A DNA stretch of 64,000 nt. Source: a phage. The notes under the pieces are model-generated. The model was not told the origin of the DNA and searched no databases. It was given only the letters and a program-made list of their open reading frames with translations. The position numbers and the translations under genes were made by a program. The stretch lies in the NCBI GenBank assembly GCA_011911785.1, contig GCA_011911785.1_4084.1. One strand, written 5' to 3'. Within the stretch, counting starts at the first letter, position 1. Every line of letters starts with the position of its first letter. This document shows, one piece after another, positions 61,904-64,000 of the stretch.

Positions 61904-62386
61904 ATGGCTAACGTAAAATCATTCATCAAAGCACTGGTAGCAAATGAAACTAACGTAGCGGCAGAGATCCTGGCCGAACTGGATAGCGATACCATGAAAG
62001 CAGTACGCAACAATTTTAACATTGCGTACAGCGAAGCGAAAGAACTGCAAGCTAATAAAGCGGCAGCACTTGAAGCTGAGAAGGCAGCACGCGAAGCTGA
62101 ATTGCAGAAAACGATTGAAGATATTAACGCCGCCGTCGCTGGGCTTGATCTGGAAGTAGTTACCGAAATGGCACGTAAAGCCCTGGCAGCGAAATACGGG
62201 GAAGACAAGCCAGAAGTAAAAGCTAAAAAATGGATTCAGGAACGCGTGACGGTAGTACTGGATAACGGCGAGGAATACACTGTACCAGTACGCGGTAACT
62301 GCATTGCGGTAGTACTGGATGCTATCAAAGAAAGCGGATTGACTCGCGAGGAATGGATCGAAGCTCATCGCAAAGTTGAAGCATAA
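61904..62386 (+). CDS. hypothetical Ala/Glu/Lys-rich protein
   Basis: ATG after GAGGAATTACATA; antisense track ORFs are low-complexity artefacts. Confidence 0.65.
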   Translation: MANVKSFIKALVANETNVAAEILAELDSDTMKAVRNNFNIAYSEAKELQANKAAALEAEKAAREAELQKTIEDINAAVAGLDLEVVTEMARKALAAKYGEDKPEVKAKKWIQERVTVVLDNGEEYTVPVRGNCIAVVLDAIKESGLTREEWIEAHRKVEA

Positions 62387-62407
62387 CAATTAAAGTACTG
62401 AATCACT

Positions 62408-62435
62408 AGCCCACCTTAAACAGTGGGCTTTTTTG
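62408..62435 (+). terminator. intrinsic terminator (AGCCCACC...CAGTGGGCT plus T-run)
   Basis: Hairpin plus T6. Confidence 0.7.
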
Positions 62436-62588
62436 TGTCTATCGTTTACCAGGCCAGCAGCACCGCCTAGAATCGATTCTAACGCATTAAACTGATTATC
62501 TGATGCATCGCCCTAGCTGGTGGCGTTAAGGTCGTTAGAATGCGATTGAGGACGTTTAAAGTATTTTGCAAAAAGTAATAAAAAGTAC

Positions 62589-62616
62589 TTGCACGATTAA
62601 GAGATTAGCGTATAAT
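62589..62616 (+). promoter_or_regulatory. early-type promoter (TTGCAC-16-TATAAT)
   Basis: Repeated unit. Confidence 0.55.
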
Positions 62617-62661
62617 TAATTTCATCAAGGCGAGACACCTTAACTAACTGAGGATATAAAG

Positions 62662-62814
62662 ATGAATACTTATGAACTGGATTGTTTCACTTTACAAGTA
62701 ATGTCAGTATGCAGCAAGAAAGATTGGTCATCAAAGGAATTTAAAGCAGTTATCGCGTGTGCAAAACACGGCAAGACTATCAATGAAACGGCATCAATCA
62801 TTGATAAACTTTAA
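62662..62814 (+). CDS. small protein (50 aa)
   Basis: ATG after GAGGATATAAAG; below ORF-track cutoff. Confidence 0.4.
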   Translation: MNTYELDCFTLQVMSVCSKKDWSSKEFKAVIACAKHGKTINETASIIDKL

Positions 62815-62822
62815 AAAATAGT

Positions 62823-62851
62823 TTGACAATAGTTTTAAGTACTGACATAAT
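62823..62851 (+). promoter_or_regulatory. early-type promoter (TTGACA-17-CATAAT)
   Basis: Repeated unit. Confidence 0.55.
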
Positions 62852-62885
62852 ACATACATCAACTACTGAATAGGAATTAAAAAAA

Positions 62886-63113
62886 ATGGCTATCGTAATC
62901 ACTCGCGTAACTGGTACTACTGGCAATTCTTCTACTGTTGCTGTAATTACTAACAAGAAAGGTGCGGAACTACATTTTGCAATGTATAACTGGTCAGTTG
63001 ATGAGTTTGGTCAGTACGCTAGTGTAGAATACATTGAAACCTATCAAGTGCCGTCGATTAGTTTAACTGATTTGGGCGTTGAGCGTATCCTTTGCCTGGA
63101 TGAATTAAATTAA
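62886..63113 (+). CDS. hypothetical protein
   Basis: ATG after AGGAATTAAAAAAA. Confidence 0.6.
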   Translation: MAIVITRVTGTTGNSSTVAVITNKKGAELHFAMYNWSVDEFGQYASVEYIETYQVPSISLTDLGVERILCLDELN

Positions 63114-63121
63114 AAAAGTAC

Positions 63122-63149
63122 TTGCAAAGTAAAACGAATAAAGTATAAT
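63122..63149 (+). promoter_or_regulatory. early-type promoter (TTGCAA-16-TATAAT) with leader hairpin 63162-63181
   Basis: Repeated unit; GGGGAGAAATGGTTCTCCCC hairpin. Confidence 0.6.
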
Positions 63150-63198
63150 ACATTACATCAAGGGGAGAAATGGTTCTCCCCACTAAGAGGAAACGAAA

Positions 63199-63342
63199 AT
63201 GAAAACTTGTCAATGTGGTAAAAAATCTATTACTGGTTTAAAGCGGGGCGTTGCTCTTTGTCAGTATCACTATAATGCTCAAGTATGGGGTAAAGAGTGG
63301 GCCGACCAGGTTGAAGCAGTAAAGAAAGCAAAAAGTAAGTAA
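63199..63342 (+). CDS. small Cys-containing protein (47 aa, CQCG...CQYH)
   Basis: ATG after AGAGGAAACGAAA; below ORF-track cutoff. Confidence 0.4.
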   Translation: MKTCQCGKKSITGLKRGVALCQYHYNAQVWGKEWADQVEAVKKAKSK

Positions 63343-63361
63343 AATTATTATCACAGTACTA

Positions 63362-63390
63362 TTGACATAGATTGATAGTACTGGCATAAT
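63362..63390 (+). promoter_or_regulatory. early-type promoter (TTGACA-17-CATAAT), copy 1 of duplicated promoter-leader
   Basis: Unit at ~63343-63433 repeated almost exactly at ~63647-63737. Confidence 0.6.
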
Positions 63391-63433
63391 AGATTTTATC
63401 AAGACAACACATATTAATTTAAGGAATACTAAA

Positions 63434-63646
63434 ATGGCTATCATTATTAAAAACAAAGTTAACAAGACTATCGTTAAACTGGCAGAAGTGAAAGAAGGTT
63501 ATAAAGTATCTTGGGAGGGTTTTTATAGGATGTTCACAGATATAGACGATGCAATCAAGTACTACACTGATACGGTTGCTGACTTTGTTCGTTCTGATGT
63601 AGTAATGGCAGTTGCACAACATAAAGCATCGAAAGAAAGTAAGTAA
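63434..63646 (+). CDS. hypothetical protein
   Basis: ATG after AAGGAATACTAAA. Confidence 0.6.
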   Translation: MAIIIKNKVNKTIVKLAEVKEGYKVSWEGFYRMFTDIDDAIKYYTDTVADFVRSDVVMAVAQHKASKESK

Positions 63647-63665
63647 AAATATTATCACAGTACTA

Positions 63666-63694
63666 TTGACATAGTTTGATAGTACTGGCATAAT
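63666..63694 (+). promoter_or_regulatory. early-type promoter, copy 2 of duplicated promoter-leader
   Basis: Near-identical to 63362..63390 unit. Confidence 0.6.
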
Positions 63695-63737
63695 AGATTT
63701 TATCAAGACAACACATATTAATTTAAGGAATACTAAA

Positions 63738-64000
63738 ATGGCTAAAACTATCATTAACACCGTATCCCTGGCTGCAATCCGTGCAATCAATGTTGACGGT
63801 AAACGTTGGACTGATTCATATGGCAATACTTATCATTCTTGTCATGTAAGCGTTGAACTGGATAACGGTGTGAATGATCTGGCGGTTGAATCATTTACTT
63901 ATGGCTATGAAGATGCATATCAACAAACGGCGTTATCTCTCTTAAAGGAATCAGTAGATGGGCTTGATACTGTTGAAACCTCCCTTAATCGTTTGTGCAA
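63738..64000 (+). CDS. hypothetical protein (3' end outside window)
   Basis: ATG after AAGGAATACTAAA; open to window end. Confidence 0.55.
   Translation, partial: MAKTIINTVSLAAIRAINVDGKRWTDSYGNTYHSCHVSVELDNGVNDLAVESFTYGYEDAYQQTALSLLKESVDGLDTVETSLNRLC

Overview
AT-rich (~35% GC), densely packed region that looks like the early/hyperplastic part of a large virulent phage genome, probably T4-related. The only strong homolog is a T4 endonuclease V (denV)-like gene; other support is a phage-type tRNA cluster, many short ORFs with ATGA/TAATG overlaps and strong sigma70-type promoters. Three architectural blocks: (A) 1-38.4 kb, plus-strand small genes with five tRNAs, TTGAC(A/T)-type promoters and terminator hairpins fused to extended -10 promoters; (B) 38.5-52.5 kb, minus-strand tandem array of ten RCC1/Kelch-like beta-propeller genes, nine sharing an N-terminal MLPFVRMLEYGN module and eight of them a conserved upstream cassette; (C) 52.5-64 kb, a 15-gene tandem array of ~60-aa paralogs, a 1.9-kb non-coding hub with an 8-bp tandem array, then small genes each behind an early-type promoter and a 5' leader hairpin. 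The beta-propeller array is the best candidate for an undescribed system. Everything is from reading the sequence; no searches or structure predictions were run, and regulatory coordinates may be off by 1-2 nt.
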